Below, piece after piece: positions 50,461 through 62,960 of a DNA stretch of 64,000 nt. The stretch is taken from NCBI GenBank assembly GCA_913031395.1, contig CAJWDT010000004.1, forward strand, positions 790 to 64,789, written 5' to 3'. The notes beneath the pieces were generated by a model that was not told the DNA's origin, did not search any database, and was given only the letters and a program-made list of their open reading frames with translations. This stretch comes from an uncultured Gammaproteobacteria bacterium. GTDB lineage: Bacteria; Pseudomonadota; Gammaproteobacteria; Magnimaribacterales; Magnimaribacteraceae. The position numbers were made by a program, and so were the translations under genes. Position 1 is the first letter of the stretch. The number at the start of each line of letters is the position of its first letter.

Positions 50461-51203
50461 TGAGCCTCTACCTCACGTTTGATTCAGTTAACCTTAAACA
50501 AAAAGCCATCAACTTATCTACCAAGCTAAATCTTAGGCTTGTTGATTTAGATAAAGATAATTCCACTAACCTCTGCGAGGATGACTATTTTCTTGTCTGT
50601 TCAGCCTCAAGAATATTCCTTCAAAGAGGTTTAAAAAAAAATACTAAACCTATCTATTCTGACTTCGATACTTGGATAAATAAATACGATGATTTGCTTC
50701 TTAGAAGGGCATTAAAGGGATTAACCAAGAATTTTTCTTGCTTAGATTTGACAGCAGGTTTTGGAAAAGATGCATTTGAAATTGCTAAATCAAAATCTTG
50801 CCAATCATTAATTCTTGTTGAGAAAGAAAAATGGGTATACGAATTATTGTTAGATGGATTAACCAATGCAACGGATTTTAAATCTAAGATATTGATAGAT
50901 AAATTCCAAGTATTTAATAAAGACAATATTGAATATTTAAGAGCATGTAAAAATTTTGATCTCATTTATATAGATCCAATGTTCGCAGGTGTAGATAAAT
51001 CAAAAGCAAAGAAACATATGCAAGCTTTAAGAGATTTATCCAATGCTAAAAGTAAAGATAACCTTTTAGAGGAATCTTTGAAAAAGGCTACCCAAAAAGT
51101 AATTGTTAAGCGACATAGAAATATGGAGTTTTTAGAGAGCATTCAACCTTCTCACTCCATAGAAGGAAAAGTAGTTAGATATGACGTATACAGCGTTAAA
51201 TAA
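50460..51203 (+). CDS. rsmJ: 16S rRNA m2G1516 methyltransferase RsmJ family
   Basis: LDLTAGFGKDA, IYIDPMF, KVIVKR, RYDVY. Confidence 0.85.
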   Translation: MSLYLTFDSVNLKQKAINLSTKLNLRLVDLDKDNSTNLCEDDYFLVCSASRIFLQRGLKKNTKPIYSDFDTWINKYDDLLLRRALKGLTKNFSCLDLTAGFGKDAFEIAKSKSCQSLILVEKEKWVYELLLDGLTNATDFKSKILIDKFQVFNKDNIEYLRACKNFDLIYIDPMFAGVDKSKAKKHMQALRDLSNAKSKDNLLEESLKKATQKVIVKRHRNMEFLESIQPSHSIEGKVVRYDVYSVK

Positions 51204-53607
51204 GCTGTTTATCTATGAATCCTGTAAACTCTTTGTCAAAAAATTGCTCGTATCCTATTTTAGCTTTTTTAGTAATTTTAGATGCTGAAAGAAGGTTCAT
51301 TTCGTCTTCTTTAAAAAATTTTGTTCTAATCATCATGTAAAGAAAATTATCAAACTTTGCGCTGTCAGAAAACTCTGGATAAGGCCATCCTTCAAGCGCT
51401 TCAAGCTTTTTCGCTATGTCCTTACACTCCTTTCTAAAATCTTCTTTGAGAATCATTTCTTTATTCCAAATCACGCTCATTGCAATATAAAACCTCTTCA
51501 AGCTTGGTTCACAAAGGTTAGACAGAGCAATATATTCTTCACGATATCTACTATGTTCCGATGGCGCATTTATGACTTCATCTTCTAACTCTAGAAGCCC
51601 TTTACGGATTAATACATCAATAGCTTGTTCTATAAAGATATCGTCAACCATCTTATTCTTGAGATGAAAGTCTTTTGCAAAAATAGGATAAATCATTTGA
51701 ATTAATTTAATCACTTTATCCTTTGGAGCACGATTAACAAATTTAACAGATTCACATATTAATGAATAAAGTACAAAGATATGGGCTATATTGTTTTTAT
51801 AGAATGAAAGTGTTGCTACTTGATCTGAAGTTGGACGATATATTTTTTTAGATCCTATCATTTTTGATTGAATGAAACCTAATTTCTCTGTTTTGAGAAT
51901 TATTTCTTCAGTATCTTTTTGAGTAAGCCAGACATCTTTATAGTCAGGAGTATCTTCAATAAGACCCAAAAAAAAGTTTATCCTTTTTGTTAGATCTTCT
52001 TTACTTAATGTTTGTGTGGGCTCGGTAAGAAGTGCAACAGCAAATAAACTAGAAGAGGTTACTGCAACAGAATTATTTATCGACCTTGTAACGCTTTCAC
52101 CTAATTCATTAGTAACTTTATCTAACCATTCAGGTTTTTCTTGTGGTGATTGGATTTCATAATCCTCTCCTACATTTTCTTTTAAAAAGGTTTCTAGATC
52201 TATAGGTTCAGAAAAATTGAGATAGGCATTGCCAAGATAATTTCGAAAATCTTTAAAAACCTTGAATGGATCAAAAATACTTTCAGTTTTTTTCTTTCCT
52301 CCAGACAATTCAGATAAATAACTTTGACCCTCAAGTATTTTTTCATATCCTATGTATACAGGGACAACTTTTACCTGTTTCACTTTTAATGAAGCGAAAC
52401 TTCTTAAGGTAAGTGAAAGTAGTCCTGGTCTGGCAGGGAGGCTTAATCCCGTTCTGCTTCTACCGCCCTCAGGAAAAAACTCTATGGAACTGCCTCTGGT
52501 CATAAGAGCTCTTATATATTCAAAAAAAACAACACTATAGAGAGAATTATTCATGAAAGATCTGCGCATAAATACCCCACCACCGCCTCTTAATATCCCA
52601 CCTATTATAGGAAGATTGAGGTTATTACCTGCAGCTACCTGAGGTAACATTAAGCCATTTTCATGCAGCAAATAACTCAATGCACAATAATCTATATGAC
52701 TTCTATGACATGGAACAAAGATTAAGGAATTTTCTTTAGAAATCTCCCTGATTTTATCAATATTCTTTGTATGCAATCCATCATACCTAGTATTCCAGAA
52801 CCAAGTAAAACCTGCTACTAAAAGACTTACTATTGGATAGTTGAGATCGGAGCATATTTCATTGGCATACTTATAAGCTTTTTTTGATAATTGTCTTTGT
52901 CTACTTACCTTGCCATCTGATAATTTTTTTATTTCGTCCCTGACATGGCTGTTTCTAACTAATGACTGAACTAGAGTTCGTCTATGAGATATGTCTGGAC
53001 CCAACATAGCCTGTTTAGACTTTCTAAATACAGCTCGCAGGTATCTACTTAAAATTAAGGAGTTTTGATCATTGGTTTTTTCCAAATCTATTTCGTCAGT
53101 TACATGCAAACCTTTTTCAAATTGAATTTGAATATTCCGGCCATGAACTAAAAGCTTAAATATTTTCTTTATGGAACCTGCTGGCCTCCATGATGGCGAA
53201 AAGATTATTCTGAATAGTGACTGTTGTTTATCCGGTCTTTTACCCCAAGATATTGAAACAGGAATAATGACTATATCTTTTTCAACTTCTAGAATTTCCT
53301 CTAAATTGAAAGTTTTTTGTCTCTGAAATTTCTGCTCAGAAACTATGTATTTTGGAGTTTTAAGTGAGACAAATTGCTTCAGTTTTGAATTAGGTAAGGA
53401 ATCGAAGGGTGATGTTATATTTTGTTTTTTACAAACCTTATTAAGTACGATTAGATCTATTAATGATTCTGACGATAGTGCATAGATTATTCTATAATTT
53501 TGATTAAATTCTTCTTTACCTTCATATCTAACATCAGCTGAAATTAATGGCTTGATAAAAAAACTCAGAAATTTGAAAATAAAATTATTGGAGAGAAATT
53601 TAATCAT
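51196..53607 (-). CDS. plsB: Glycerol-3-phosphate 1-O-acyltransferase
   Basis: PCHRSHID, AAGNNLN, FFPEGGRSRTG; start at ATG 53607 avoids tRNA overlap. Confidence 0.94.
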   Translation of the reverse strand: MIKFLSNNFIFKFLSFFIKPLISADVRYEGKEEFNQNYRIIYALSSESLIDLIVLNKVCKKQNITSPFDSLPNSKLKQFVSLKTPKYIVSEQKFQRQKTFNLEEILEVEKDIVIIPVSISWGKRPDKQQSLFRIIFSPSWRPAGSIKKIFKLLVHGRNIQIQFEKGLHVTDEIDLEKTNDQNSLILSRYLRAVFRKSKQAMLGPDISHRRTLVQSLVRNSHVRDEIKKLSDGKVSRQRQLSKKAYKYANEICSDLNYPIVSLLVAGFTWFWNTRYDGLHTKNIDKIREISKENSLIFVPCHRSHIDYCALSYLLHENGLMLPQVAAGNNLNLPIIGGILRGGGGVFMRRSFMNNSLYSVVFFEYIRALMTRGSSIEFFPEGGRSRTGLSLPARPGLLSLTLRSFASLKVKQVKVVPVYIGYEKILEGQSYLSELSGGKKKTESIFDPFKVFKDFRNYLGNAYLNFSEPIDLETFLKENVGEDYEIQSPQEKPEWLDKVTNELGESVTRSINNSVAVTSSSLFAVALLTEPTQTLSKEDLTKRINFFLGLIEDTPDYKDVWLTQKDTEEIILKTEKLGFIQSKMIGSKKIYRPTSDQVATLSFYKNNIAHIFVLYSLICESVKFVNRAPKDKVIKLIQMIYPIFAKDFHLKNKMVDDIFIEQAIDVLIRKGLLELEDEVINAPSEHSRYREEYIALSNLCEPSLKRFYIAMSVIWNKEMILKEDFRKECKDIAKKLEALEGWPYPEFSDSAKFDNFLYMMIRTKFFKEDEMNLLSASKITKKAKIGYEQFFDKEFTGFIDKQLI

Positions 53608-53684
53608 TTTGTGTATTTCAAAACTTAACTGCGGAGAGTTTACCTTTTCATAGTAAAATTCATACGTAATTATACTTTTAATTA

Positions 53685-53770
53685 GCCGAAGTGGCGGAAT
53701 TGGTAGACGCAGGGGATTCAAAATCCCCCGCCCTTTGGGTGTGAGAGTTCGAGTCTCTCCTTCGGCACCA
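53685..53770 (+). tRNA. tRNA-Leu(CAA)
   Basis: GCCGAAG/CTTCGGC acceptor, anticodon arm GGGGA-ttCAAaa-TCCCC, long variable arm, GTTCGAG, 3' ACCA. Confidence 0.96.
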
Positions 53771-53782
53771 TTTAGGATATCC

Positions 53783-54808
53783 TTGGATATAGAAGACTAC
53801 AATTTTGAACTTCCTGAAGCGCTTATCGCTAAAGAGCCTAAGTCTGAAAGAAGCTCCAGCAGATTATTGATTGCTGAAGACCGATTGATTGATAAGAAGT
53901 TCTCAGATTTGATTGATAATCTTGGAAATGGTGACCTTTTGGTTATAAATGACACCAAAGTTTTTAAGGCCAGGCTAGAAGCTCAAAAGGTTTCTGGAGG
54001 AAAGGTTGAACTATTAATTGAAAGAAAGATAGATGCTAATAACGCTTTAGCATTAACAAAATCCAATAGACCTTTAAGAGAATCTGAGAGACTTCAAGTT
54101 ACAAATACAAATATATTTGCTGACATTATTAAAAAGGATGGTTATCTATCTTTAATCCAATTCTCTGAAGATATTGATGATGTTCTAGATCGCTTTGGCA
54201 CTGTTCCTTTGCCTCCCTACATAGACCGGAAACCTGATGACAATGATGAAGCTAGATATCAAACTGTATATGCAGATGCAAATAATATGAATTCTGTTGC
54301 AGCACCCACAGCAGGATTACATTTTGATAACGAACTCTTGGAAAGAATTAAAGATAAAGGAGTGAATATTGCTTCAATAACCTTAAACATTGGAATAGGG
54401 ACCTTTAAACCTATCAAGCAAAATGATGTTAAAAAACATATTATGCATTCTGAAAAAATTTATCTCTCAGAATCAAATGCAAAAATTATAAATGAGGCTT
54501 TATTATCCAATTCAAGAATTTTTTGTGTAGGAACTACTAGTCTGAGATGTTTAGAGTCTATTTATAGTAAATTTGATGAGATAAAATCCTATGAGGGAGA
54601 AACAGATATATTTATTTATCCTGGTTTTAAATTCAAAGTAGCCGATTATTTAATAACTAACTTTCATTTACCTAAAACAACTTTATTATTATTGGTGAGT
54701 GCTTTTTCAGGACTTGATAGAATCAAAGCAGCATACAAGCATGCCATAGAAAATGAATATAGATTTTTTAGTTACGGAGACGCAATGCTTCTAAAAAGAC
54801 AAGATTAA
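53783..54808 (+). CDS. queA: SAM:tRNA ribosyltransferase-isomerase
   Basis: VINDTKV, PLPPYI, VAAPTAGLHF, TNFHLP, YRFFSYGDAM; TTG start after AGGA. Confidence 0.96.
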   Translation: MDIEDYNFELPEALIAKEPKSERSSSRLLIAEDRLIDKKFSDLIDNLGNGDLLVINDTKVFKARLEAQKVSGGKVELLIERKIDANNALALTKSNRPLRESERLQVTNTNIFADIIKKDGYLSLIQFSEDIDDVLDRFGTVPLPPYIDRKPDDNDEARYQTVYADANNMNSVAAPTAGLHFDNELLERIKDKGVNIASITLNIGIGTFKPIKQNDVKKHIMHSEKIYLSESNAKIINEALLSNSRIFCVGTTSLRCLESIYSKFDEIKSYEGETDIFIYPGFKFKVADYLITNFHLPKTTLLLLVSAFSGLDRIKAAYKHAIENEYRFFSYGDAMLLKRQD

Positions 54809-55930
<1,122 letters not shown>

Positions 55931-55939
55931 AGGAGAGAA

Positions 55940-56233
55940 ATGGAACAATCGCCAACTTTTTTTGACCCAACACTATTTTTGTTGTTCGGGTTCATGATTC
56001 TTATTTATTTTTTGATGATACGTCCTGAGAATAAAAGAAGAAAAACACATCAAGAAATGCTTGCTAGCATAGAAGTAGGGGAAGAGATCGTTACCGCAGG
56101 AGGTATTCTCGGAAAGGTTTCAAAAATAAGTGATCAGTATTTAGAGTTATCTATTTCTGAAGATACCAAGATAAAAGTTCAAAAGACTTCAATATCAGCC
56201 GTTTTACCCAAAGGTACTTTAAAGTCTATATAG
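55940..56233 (+). CDS. yajC: Preprotein translocase subunit YajC
   Basis: YFLMIRPE, VTAGGILG, VLPKGT. Confidence 0.95.
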   Translation: MEQSPTFFDPTLFLLFGFMILIYFLMIRPENKRRKTHQEMLASIEVGEEIVTAGGILGKVSKISDQYLELSISEDTKIKVQKTSISAVLPKGTLKSI

Positions 56234-56236
56234 CAA

Positions 56237-58084
56237 ATGAAACGCTACGGTCTTTGGAAATATCTTCTAATCCTCTTAGTTCTTTGTTTTGGAGTGATCT
56301 ACTCCTTACCAAATCTATATGCTCCTGACCCAGCTGTACAAATTTCATATACAAGTAGTTCACAAACGGCAGATACCTTTTTAGCTGACAAAGTAAAAGA
56401 GCTTATAGAGAAACAAAACCTTGAAGCAAAAATAGAATTAGAAAAAGACTATGTTTTAGTAAGAACTAATAGTTATCAAAATCAGTTGATAATTAAAGAC
56501 ATTCTCTCAACGGCAATGATAAATGATGTTGTCATTGCATTAAACCTGGCCCCTACAACACCAAAATGGCTTATGGATATTGGTGCTAACCCTATGAAAT
56601 TGGGATTAGATTTAAGAGGAGGAGTGCATTTCTTAATGCAGGTTGATACTGAAACTGCTATTAAAAACCGACAAGATGGAACTTTACAAGATCTAAGAAG
56701 ACGTTTTAGAGAAGAAAAGATAAGATACAGCCAAGCCGGAGTTGAGTCAGATGCCTCCATCTACTTAAAATTTAATAATCCTGATGTATTGCAAAAGGCA
56801 GAGGAATTTATTTCCGATAACTATTCGCAGTTTAACTTTCCATTAATTTCTGACGCAATGTCCTTGAGACTAGTCCTATCAGATGTAGAAATTGAACAAA
56901 TTGAATCTGATGCTATAGATCAAAACTTAACAACTTTAAGGAATAGGGTAAATGAACTTGGCGTTTCAGAACCCATCGTACAAAGACAAGGAAAGAAAAG
57001 AATTGTTGTTCAATTGCCTGGAATTCAAGATACAGCTGAGGCAAAAAATATACTAGGAAAAACAGCCACATTGGAATTTCATTTAGAGGCACAAATGGAT
57101 ACCCCTAGATCTAGAAAAACCTCTTACCCTTATAGAAACGGTATGGGTGCTCCTGCTTTCCTTCAAGATGCAATTATATTAGGAGGCGATCAAGTTGCTA
57201 CAGCACAAGCCTCATTTGATGAAAATGGGCTCCCTCAAGTCAATATAACTCTTGATGGTGAAGGTGGTTCAAAAATGCATAGAGCAACCAGAGGAAATAT
57301 TGGAAAAAGACTCGGTGTTCTATTTGTAGAACAAAAAACTAGAACAGTCTATGAGAGAGATGTTGAAGGAAAGCAAATTCCAGTCCAAGAATCTTACGAA
57401 GTAAAAGAAATAATAAGCCTTGCAACTATTAGAGCTGCATTAGGAACAACTTTTAGAATTACCGGATTAGATAGTCCAAGTGAATCATCTGAATTAGCTT
57501 TATTGTTAAGAGCTGGTGCATTAGCTGCTCCGATGACTTTCGTAGAAGAAAGAACTGTAGGACCTAGTTTGGGTGCAGATAATATTCAGGCAGGAATTTT
57601 TTCTATGATTCTTGGGCTCTTACTTGTATTGGTTTTTATTCTTTTTTACTACAGAGTATTTGGCATTGCGGCAAGCTTAGCATTAACATTCAATATAGTA
57701 CTTTTAGTAGCTGTTATGTCGATACTTTCAGCAACACTCACCTTACCTGGAATTGCTGGAATAGTTTTAACAGTAGGAATGGCCGTTGATGCAAATGTCC
57801 TTATTTTTTCAAGAATCCGAGAAGAGCTGAATAAAGGAAGAGAGCCATTAGAGGCCATAGATGCTGGCTACAATAGAGCCTTCTTAACTATATGGGATGC
57901 AAATGTTACCACCCTAATTGTTGCTGTGATTTTACTTTCCTATGGTACTGGTCCTGTAAAAGGATTCGCTATCACTCTATCGATTGGAATTATTACTTCG
58001 ATGTTTACTGCAATCATGGGTACCCGTGCTTTTGTTAATCTTATCTATGGATCTAGAAAAAATCTTGAGAGGATATCAATATGA
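56237..58084 (+). CDS. secD: Protein translocase subunit SecD
   Basis: [31 protein letters not shown]. Confidence 0.97.
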   Translation: MKRYGLWKYLLILLVLCFGVIYSLPNLYAPDPAVQISYTSSSQTADTFLADKVKELIEKQNLEAKIELEKDYVLVRTNSYQNQLIIKDILSTAMINDVVIALNLAPTTPKWLMDIGANPMKLGLDLRGGVHFLMQVDTETAIKNRQDGTLQDLRRRFREEKIRYSQAGVESDASIYLKFNNPDVLQKAEEFISDNYSQFNFPLISDAMSLRLVLSDVEIEQIESDAIDQNLTTLRNRVNELGVSEPIVQRQGKKRIVVQLPGIQDTAEAKNILGKTATLEFHLEAQMDTPRSRKTSYPYRNGMGAPAFLQDAIILGGDQVATAQASFDENGLPQVNITLDGEGGSKMHRATRGNIGKRLGVLFVEQKTRTVYERDVEGKQIPVQESYEVKEIISLATIRAALGTTFRITGLDSPSESSELALLLRAGALAAPMTFVEERTVGPSLGADNIQAGIFSMILGLLLVLVFILFYYRVFGIAASLALTFNIVLLVAVMSILSATLTLPGIAGIVLTVGMAVDANVLIFSRIREELNKGREPLEAIDAGYNRAFLTIWDANVTTLIVAVILLSYGTGPVKGFAITLSIGIITSMFTAIMGTRAFVNLIYGSRKNLERISI

Positions 58085-58998
58085 CCTTTAATATAGATTT
58101 CTTAGCATGGAGAAGAATTGCTTTAATCTTCTCTTCAGTATTCTTGATCTTATCAATTGGATCTTGGTTATTTAAAGATCTCAACTACGGTTTGGATTTC
58201 ACTGGAGGCACTTTGGTTGAATTAAGTTATCCAGATTCAGCCAATATATCTGAAATAAGACAAACGTTAGTTTTAGGTGGTTTTGAAGGAGCTCAAGTTG
58301 CTAATTTTGGATCAAGCAAAGAAGTTTTGATTAAGCTACCAGGAACAGTCAGTGATAGCTTAGGTTCTGAAATAGTATCATTACTGAGCTCTTCGAGCTT
58401 AGATCAGGAAATAGATCTCAGGAGAATCGAGTATGTAGGCCCTCAGATCGGCAGTGAATTAAGAGATGATGGAGGCACTGCTATGCTTATAGCTCTCGCC
58501 TTTATGATGCTCTATATTGCATTTAGATTTCAGTCTATGTTCGCTGGCGCTGCAGTGATTGCGCTCATACACGATGTGATCGTAGTTATTGGTATATTCT
58601 CACTTATTCAAATTGAGTTCGATCTTACTGTGTTAGCCGCTTTATTAGCTGTAATTGGCTATTCCTTAAACGACACAATTGTGGTGTCGGATAGAATAAG
58701 AGAAAATTTAAGATCCATGGAATCTGATAGTACACATGAGATTATCAATACTTCATTGAATCAGACCTTAGGAAGGACATTGATAACTTCTTTAACAACT
58801 CTGCTCGTGCTTTTTTCTTTGTACTTTCTTGGTGGCGAGCTTATAAAGAATTTCGCTTTAGCGCTTATCTTTGGGGTTATTGTAGGTACTTATTCTTCTA
58901 TTTACATTGCAGCAAATGCTTTAATAATGATGGGTCTTAATAAAGACCACCTGAAAGTAGAGGAACCGGAGAATGCAGACGAAAATCTTCTACCTTAG
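58081..58998 (+). CDS. secF: Protein translocase subunit SecF
   Basis: [31 protein letters not shown]. Confidence 0.97.
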   Translation: MTFNIDFLAWRRIALIFSSVFLILSIGSWLFKDLNYGLDFTGGTLVELSYPDSANISEIRQTLVLGGFEGAQVANFGSSKEVLIKLPGTVSDSLGSEIVSLLSSSSLDQEIDLRRIEYVGPQIGSELRDDGGTAMLIALAFMMLYIAFRFQSMFAGAAVIALIHDVIVVIGIFSLIQIEFDLTVLAALLAVIGYSLNDTIVVSDRIRENLRSMESDSTHEIINTSLNQTLGRTLITSLTTLLVLFSLYFLGGELIKNFALALIFGVIVGTYSSIYIAANALIMMGLNKDHLKVEEPENADENLLP

Positions 58999-59807
58999 CC
59001 TTCTTCAACTATTGTAGTGAAGGGCTTTATTGACTGAAGCATTGGCTTGAAACACTTGTTTGTTGAGCAAATAATATTGTCTCCAGCAAGATAATCAGGA
59101 TTGCCTAAGTAGTCACTAACCAGTCCACCTGCTTCTCTTACAAGTAAACCACCTGCAGCGATATCCCACATGCCTAGTCCACTTCCCCAGAAGCCATCAA
59201 GTCTTCCAGCAGCTACATTTGCCATATCTAAGGCAGCTGAACCAGTTCTTCTAATAGTAAGACCATTTGAGTAAAGAGACCGAAAGGTGGACATATTATC
59301 GTGTCTGACTCTTCCTTTATCAGTATCATGAGAAGAATTGCTTAGGAGTGTTCCTGAGAGCCCTACAGCTTTGCTAGTCCTGATTCTTCTATTATTTAGG
59401 TAAGCGCCTCTTCCAAAACTGGCTGTGAACTCGTCTTGCCGAGCTACATCTATAATTAATGCATGTAATGTTTTACCTTTTTCTACATAAGCAATTGAAA
59501 TAGCGTAGTAAGGAAAGCCATGTATGTAATTTGTTGTACCATCAAGTGGATCTATGACCCACATAGATTCAATATCTTTCCCCGAACCTTCTATTCTTCC
59601 TACTTCTTCTGAAATATAGGTATGGCGAGGGTAGATTGATTTTAAAGAATCAATGATTATCGATTCAACTTTTCTATCAAGTTGAGTAACAAAGTTAGAA
59701 GGTCCTTTTTCTTTTATCTCAAGTTGATCCAGTCTATAGGCAAAACTGAGCAACTCTTTACATCCTGCTCGTGCAGCTTCAAGGGCTATATTTACTTTTG
59801 GTTCCAT
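58995..59807 (-). CDS. suhB: Inositol monophosphatase SuhB
   Basis: [27 protein letters not shown]; divergent from trmJ. Confidence 0.93.
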   Translation of the reverse strand: MEPKVNIALEAARAGCKELLSFAYRLDQLEIKEKGPSNFVTQLDRKVESIIIDSLKSIYPRHTYISEEVGRIEGSGKDIESMWVIDPLDGTTNYIHGFPYYAISIAYVEKGKTLHALIIDVARQDEFTASFGRGAYLNNRRIRTSKAVGLSGTLLSNSSHDTDKGRVRHDNMSTFRSLYSNGLTIRRTGSAALDMANVAAGRLDGFWGSGLGMWDIAAGGLLVREAGGLVSDYLGNPDYLAGDNIICSTNKCFKPMLQSIKPFTTIVEEG

Positions 59808-59860
59808 AATTAGTTGCGCATCCTAACATATTGCTACACTTCCCCTGATAGAATATCGCT

Positions 59861-60610
59861 ATGGATGATAAAAAAAATACTCTACTTGAATTGCTAGATA
59901 CTGTGAAAATAGTTCTTGTTGGCACCACTCATCCAGGAAATATTGGTGCAGCTGCAAGAGCAATGAAAAATATGGGCTTTAGAAAACTCATATTGGTCGA
60001 GCCAAAGGAGTTTCCAAGTGATGTTGCTACTTATAGATCTAAAGCTGCTAAGGACATACTAGAGGAAGCTGAGATATTTAATACACTTGAACAAGCAGTA
60101 GCTGATTGTGAATTAGTCATAGGCACTAGTGCTAGAGATAGAAAAGTTCCATGGCCTATTTTAAATCCCAAAGAGTCAGCTGAAACAGTCGTAAAAAATT
60201 TACCACAACAGAAAGTAGCTTTAGTATTTGGTCGAGAGGATAGGGGACTTACAAATGAGGAGCTTGGTTTGTGCAACTTTCATGTTCATATTCCAACCGA
60301 CCCAGATTATTCTTCTTTGAATCTAGCTCAAGCAGTTCAAATATTGGTTTACGAAATTCGTGTAGCGAGCTTATCTGATACAGAAGATAAAAATTACTGG
60401 GATGTAGAATTGGCAAATACTCAACAAACAGAAATGCTTATCAATCATATGGATGAGCTCATGCAACAAGTTGAATTTTATGATGTTGATAATCCTAGAA
60501 AGTTACTCTTAAGAGTAAGAAGGTTCTTTAAGAGAAGTAATATTGATGTAATGGAGGCAAATATATTCAGAGGACTATTTGCCACAATACAAAAGAAGTT
60601 GAAGCAATAA
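59861..60610 (+). CDS. trmJ: tRNA (C32/U32) 2'-O-methyltransferase TrmJ
   Basis: THPGNIGAAARAMKNMG, FGREDRGLTNEEL, SSLNLAQAV. Confidence 0.94.
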   Translation: MDDKKNTLLELLDTVKIVLVGTTHPGNIGAAARAMKNMGFRKLILVEPKEFPSDVATYRSKAAKDILEEAEIFNTLEQAVADCELVIGTSARDRKVPWPILNPKESAETVVKNLPQQKVALVFGREDRGLTNEELGLCNFHVHIPTDPDYSSLNLAQAVQILVYEIRVASLSDTEDKNYWDVELANTQQTEMLINHMDELMQQVEFYDVDNPRKLLLRVRRFFKRSNIDVMEANIFRGLFATIQKKLKQ

Positions 60611-60612
60611 GC

Positions 60613-60641
60613 TTGTGTGTGTATTACTAAAGTAATACACT
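60613..60641 (+). promoter_or_regulatory. Promoter with overlapping YtrA-type operator palindrome
   Basis: TTGTGT-17-TACACT; inverted repeat GTGTATTACT-AA-AGTAATACAC at 60619-60640. Confidence 0.85.
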
Positions 60642-60659
60642 GATTAGAAGGAATCCCCC

Positions 60660-61004
60660 ATGCAGTGGACAAACGATCAACCTATATATCAGCAAGTTAG
60701 AGACCATGTAGTTTCGTTAATCATCGACGATGTCTTAAAGTCAGGTGATCCTATTCCCTCCGTTAGACAAATGGCCGTTGAAGGTGGCGTGAACCCTTTA
60801 ACTGTTTCGAAAGCATATCAGGAACTTGTAGATTTAAATATTGTCGAAAAAAGAAGAGGACTTGGAATGTTCATAACTGATAACGCAAAAAAAGAGTTAT
60901 TAAGGTTAGAAAAATCTAAGTTTTTAAAAAATGAATGGCCAAATACGATCAGAAGAGCTGATAGTCTAGGTATAGATTTAATTGAACTGCTAAAAAAGAA
61001 TTAA
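60660..61004 (+). CDS. GntR family regulator, YtrA subfamily
   Basis: PIYQQ, PSVRQMA, VNPLTVSKAY, RRGLGMF; short C-terminus; followed by ABC genes. Confidence 0.92.
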   Translation: MQWTNDQPIYQQVRDHVVSLIIDDVLKSGDPIPSVRQMAVEGGVNPLTVSKAYQELVDLNIVEKRRGLGMFITDNAKKELLRLEKSKFLKNEWPNTIRRADSLGIDLIELLKKN

Positions 61005-61006
61005 TC

Positions 61007-61882
61007 ATGAATAAAGATATAGTAGTAAAAGCACATGGCGTAAAAAAGAATTACGATAATAGCTATGCCTTGAATGGGATTGATCTCGAGGTTACATCAG
61101 GACAAATATTAGGCTTTTTAGGGCCAAATGGAGCAGGTAAGTCGACTTTCCTTCAATCAGTATTAGGTCTGATTAATACCGAAGGAAACCTAGAAGTTTT
61201 AGGGCTTGATCCAAGAAAAGATAGACATAAATTACTCAAAGAAGTCTGTTCAATAACCGACGTGGCTGTGTTGCCTAAATGGATGACAGTAGATCAAATC
61301 CTTCAATATGTAGACGGAGTCCATCCAGGTTTCGATCTACAAAAATGTCATTCTATTCTCTCAAAAACCAACATAAAGAGATCCTCCCAAGTAAAAATAT
61401 TGTCTAGAGGAATGGTTGTTCAACTCCATTTGTCTATCGTTATGGCTATAAACGCAAGACTTTTAGTTCTGGATGAGCCTACTCTGGGACTCGACCTTGT
61501 TTACAGAAAGGAATTTTATTCTCAACTTATAGAAGATTACTATGATGGAGAAAAAACTATTTTAATTAGCACTCATCAAGTTGAGGAGATAGAAGGAGTT
61601 TTGTCAGATGCTGTATTTATGAATCAAGGTAGAATCGTAATGCAAGATTCAATTGAGTCTATTAATAAGAAATTTCTAGAATTAAGACCAAATCGAGATT
61701 CACTTGAAAGAGCAAAATCCTTAAGACCAATACATCAACGAGTCGAACTTGGGAGAGAGGTTTTACTTTTTGAGGACACTGAACATGAAAAATTATCTGA
61801 TTTAGGAGAAGTTAGACCCCCTTTTATAGCTGACTTATTTATGGCAATAATGGATAAGACCAAGAATGGAGATAACGCATGA
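61007..61882 (+). CDS. ABC transporter ATP-binding protein (YtrB/YhcG-like)
   Basis: GPNGAGKST, LSRGM, LDEPTLGLD, STH. Confidence 0.92.
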   Translation: MNKDIVVKAHGVKKNYDNSYALNGIDLEVTSGQILGFLGPNGAGKSTFLQSVLGLINTEGNLEVLGLDPRKDRHKLLKEVCSITDVAVLPKWMTVDQILQYVDGVHPGFDLQKCHSILSKTNIKRSSQVKILSRGMVVQLHLSIVMAINARLLVLDEPTLGLDLVYRKEFYSQLIEDYYDGEKTILISTHQVEEIEGVLSDAVFMNQGRIVMQDSIESINKKFLELRPNRDSLERAKSLRPIHQRVELGREVLLFEDTEHEKLSDLGEVRPPFIADLFMAIMDKTKNGDNA

Positions 61883-62793
61883 TGACAGTTCTTTTCACCA
61901 TGATTCGTAAAGAGATTCAAGAGCATAAGTTGGCTTTCATATATGCACCATTTATTGTTGCATTGGTTTTGTGTGCCGTAATCATTTCAGTTTATTTAGG
62001 GCTAACTGATATTCAAACAACAAATTTCAGTTTTTCTACTGATGTTTATGACGAAAAATACAAAGAGGGCATGTTGCTTGCATCTCCCGAAGCTAAAACA
62101 GCTGTTATCAGGGCAGGACTCGTGGTTCTAGGTTTACCTATACTGTTAACCGTTGGATTTGGGTTATTGGCTTATAGCTTGTCTACTTTTGCTGATGAAA
62201 GGAAAGATAGAAGTCTAATTTTTTGGAGATCACTACCTGTTTCTGATTTGACAACAGTCATGTCTAAATTAGTCTTTATTGTTGTTGTTATTCCATTACT
62301 TGTCCTTCCGAATCTAATATTACTGCAATTAGTGGCTTCACTTAGTGTCTCCATTTATTTTGTCTCGAATGATATCGTTCCTTTTGGTTATGTTTGGACA
62401 AGCTATTTTATTTCAGATTGGTTTAGGATAATTTTCAGCCTTTGGGCTCAGGCCCTATGGTCTTTACCAATTTTTTTATGGTTAATGTTGTCAGGTACTT
62501 ATTTTAAAAAACCTGTCATTGGCGCTGTAGTTCCTTTAGTGGCCTTGGTGGTTTTGGAAGGTATTATTTTTAAAGCTAACAATGTACAAGAATTCATAGA
62601 AAATAGACTTGGTTTTTGGTCCAGAGCAGATAGTTTTCCAATTCAATATGAAGAGGCTCGCGTTGTAGATATAACTGACGTCTATCTTATGATAACTACT
62701 CAAGCTTTTTGGATTGGTATGATTGCTAGTGCTGTTCTTGTAGCCGGAATTGTGTTCACGCGCTCTACAAACAATGACTTTACAGTCGAATAA
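61879..62793 (+). CDS. ABC-2 type permease
   Basis: About 6 TM segments, DERKDRSLIFWRSLPVSD motif. Confidence 0.85.
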   Translation: MMTVLFTMIRKEIQEHKLAFIYAPFIVALVLCAVIISVYLGLTDIQTTNFSFSTDVYDEKYKEGMLLASPEAKTAVIRAGLVVLGLPILLTVGFGLLAYSLSTFADERKDRSLIFWRSLPVSDLTTVMSKLVFIVVVIPLLVLPNLILLQLVASLSVSIYFVSNDIVPFGYVWTSYFISDWFRIIFSLWAQALWSLPIFLWLMLSGTYFKKPVIGAVVPLVALVVLEGIIFKANNVQEFIENRLGFWSRADSFPIQYEEARVVDITDVYLMITTQAFWIGMIASAVLVAGIVFTRSTNNDFTVE

Positions 62794-62803
62794 TAAAATA
62801 GAT

Positions 62804-62832
62804 TTGACCTTAAAGGCTAGCCTCCATACAAT
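62804..62832 (+). promoter_or_regulatory. Sigma70 promoter of tRNA-Glu
   Basis: TTGACC-17 bp-TACAAT followed by GC discriminator GCCC. Confidence 0.8.
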
Positions 62833-62842
62833 GCCCATTTTC

Positions 62843-62917
62843 GGCCCGTTCGTCTAGTGGTTAGGACATCTGGTTTTCATCCAGGCAACAGGAGTTCGAT
62901 TCTCCTACGGGCTACCA
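62843..62917 (+). tRNA. tRNA-Glu(TTC)
   Basis: GGCCCGT/ACGGGCT acceptor, TCTGG-ttTTCat-CCAGG anticodon arm, GTTCGAT, ACCA. Confidence 0.96.
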
Positions 62918-62960
62918 TTCTCCCTCAAGTTTTTTATAAATAACTCTTCATTTTTAAAAC

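Noticed and set aside
53608-53782. ORF-track N-terminal extensions of plsB (to 53721) and queA (from 53735) overlapping tRNA-Leu
   Set aside because: Better starts exist outside the tRNA (ATG 53607; TTG 53783 with SD), and the extensions lack family similarity
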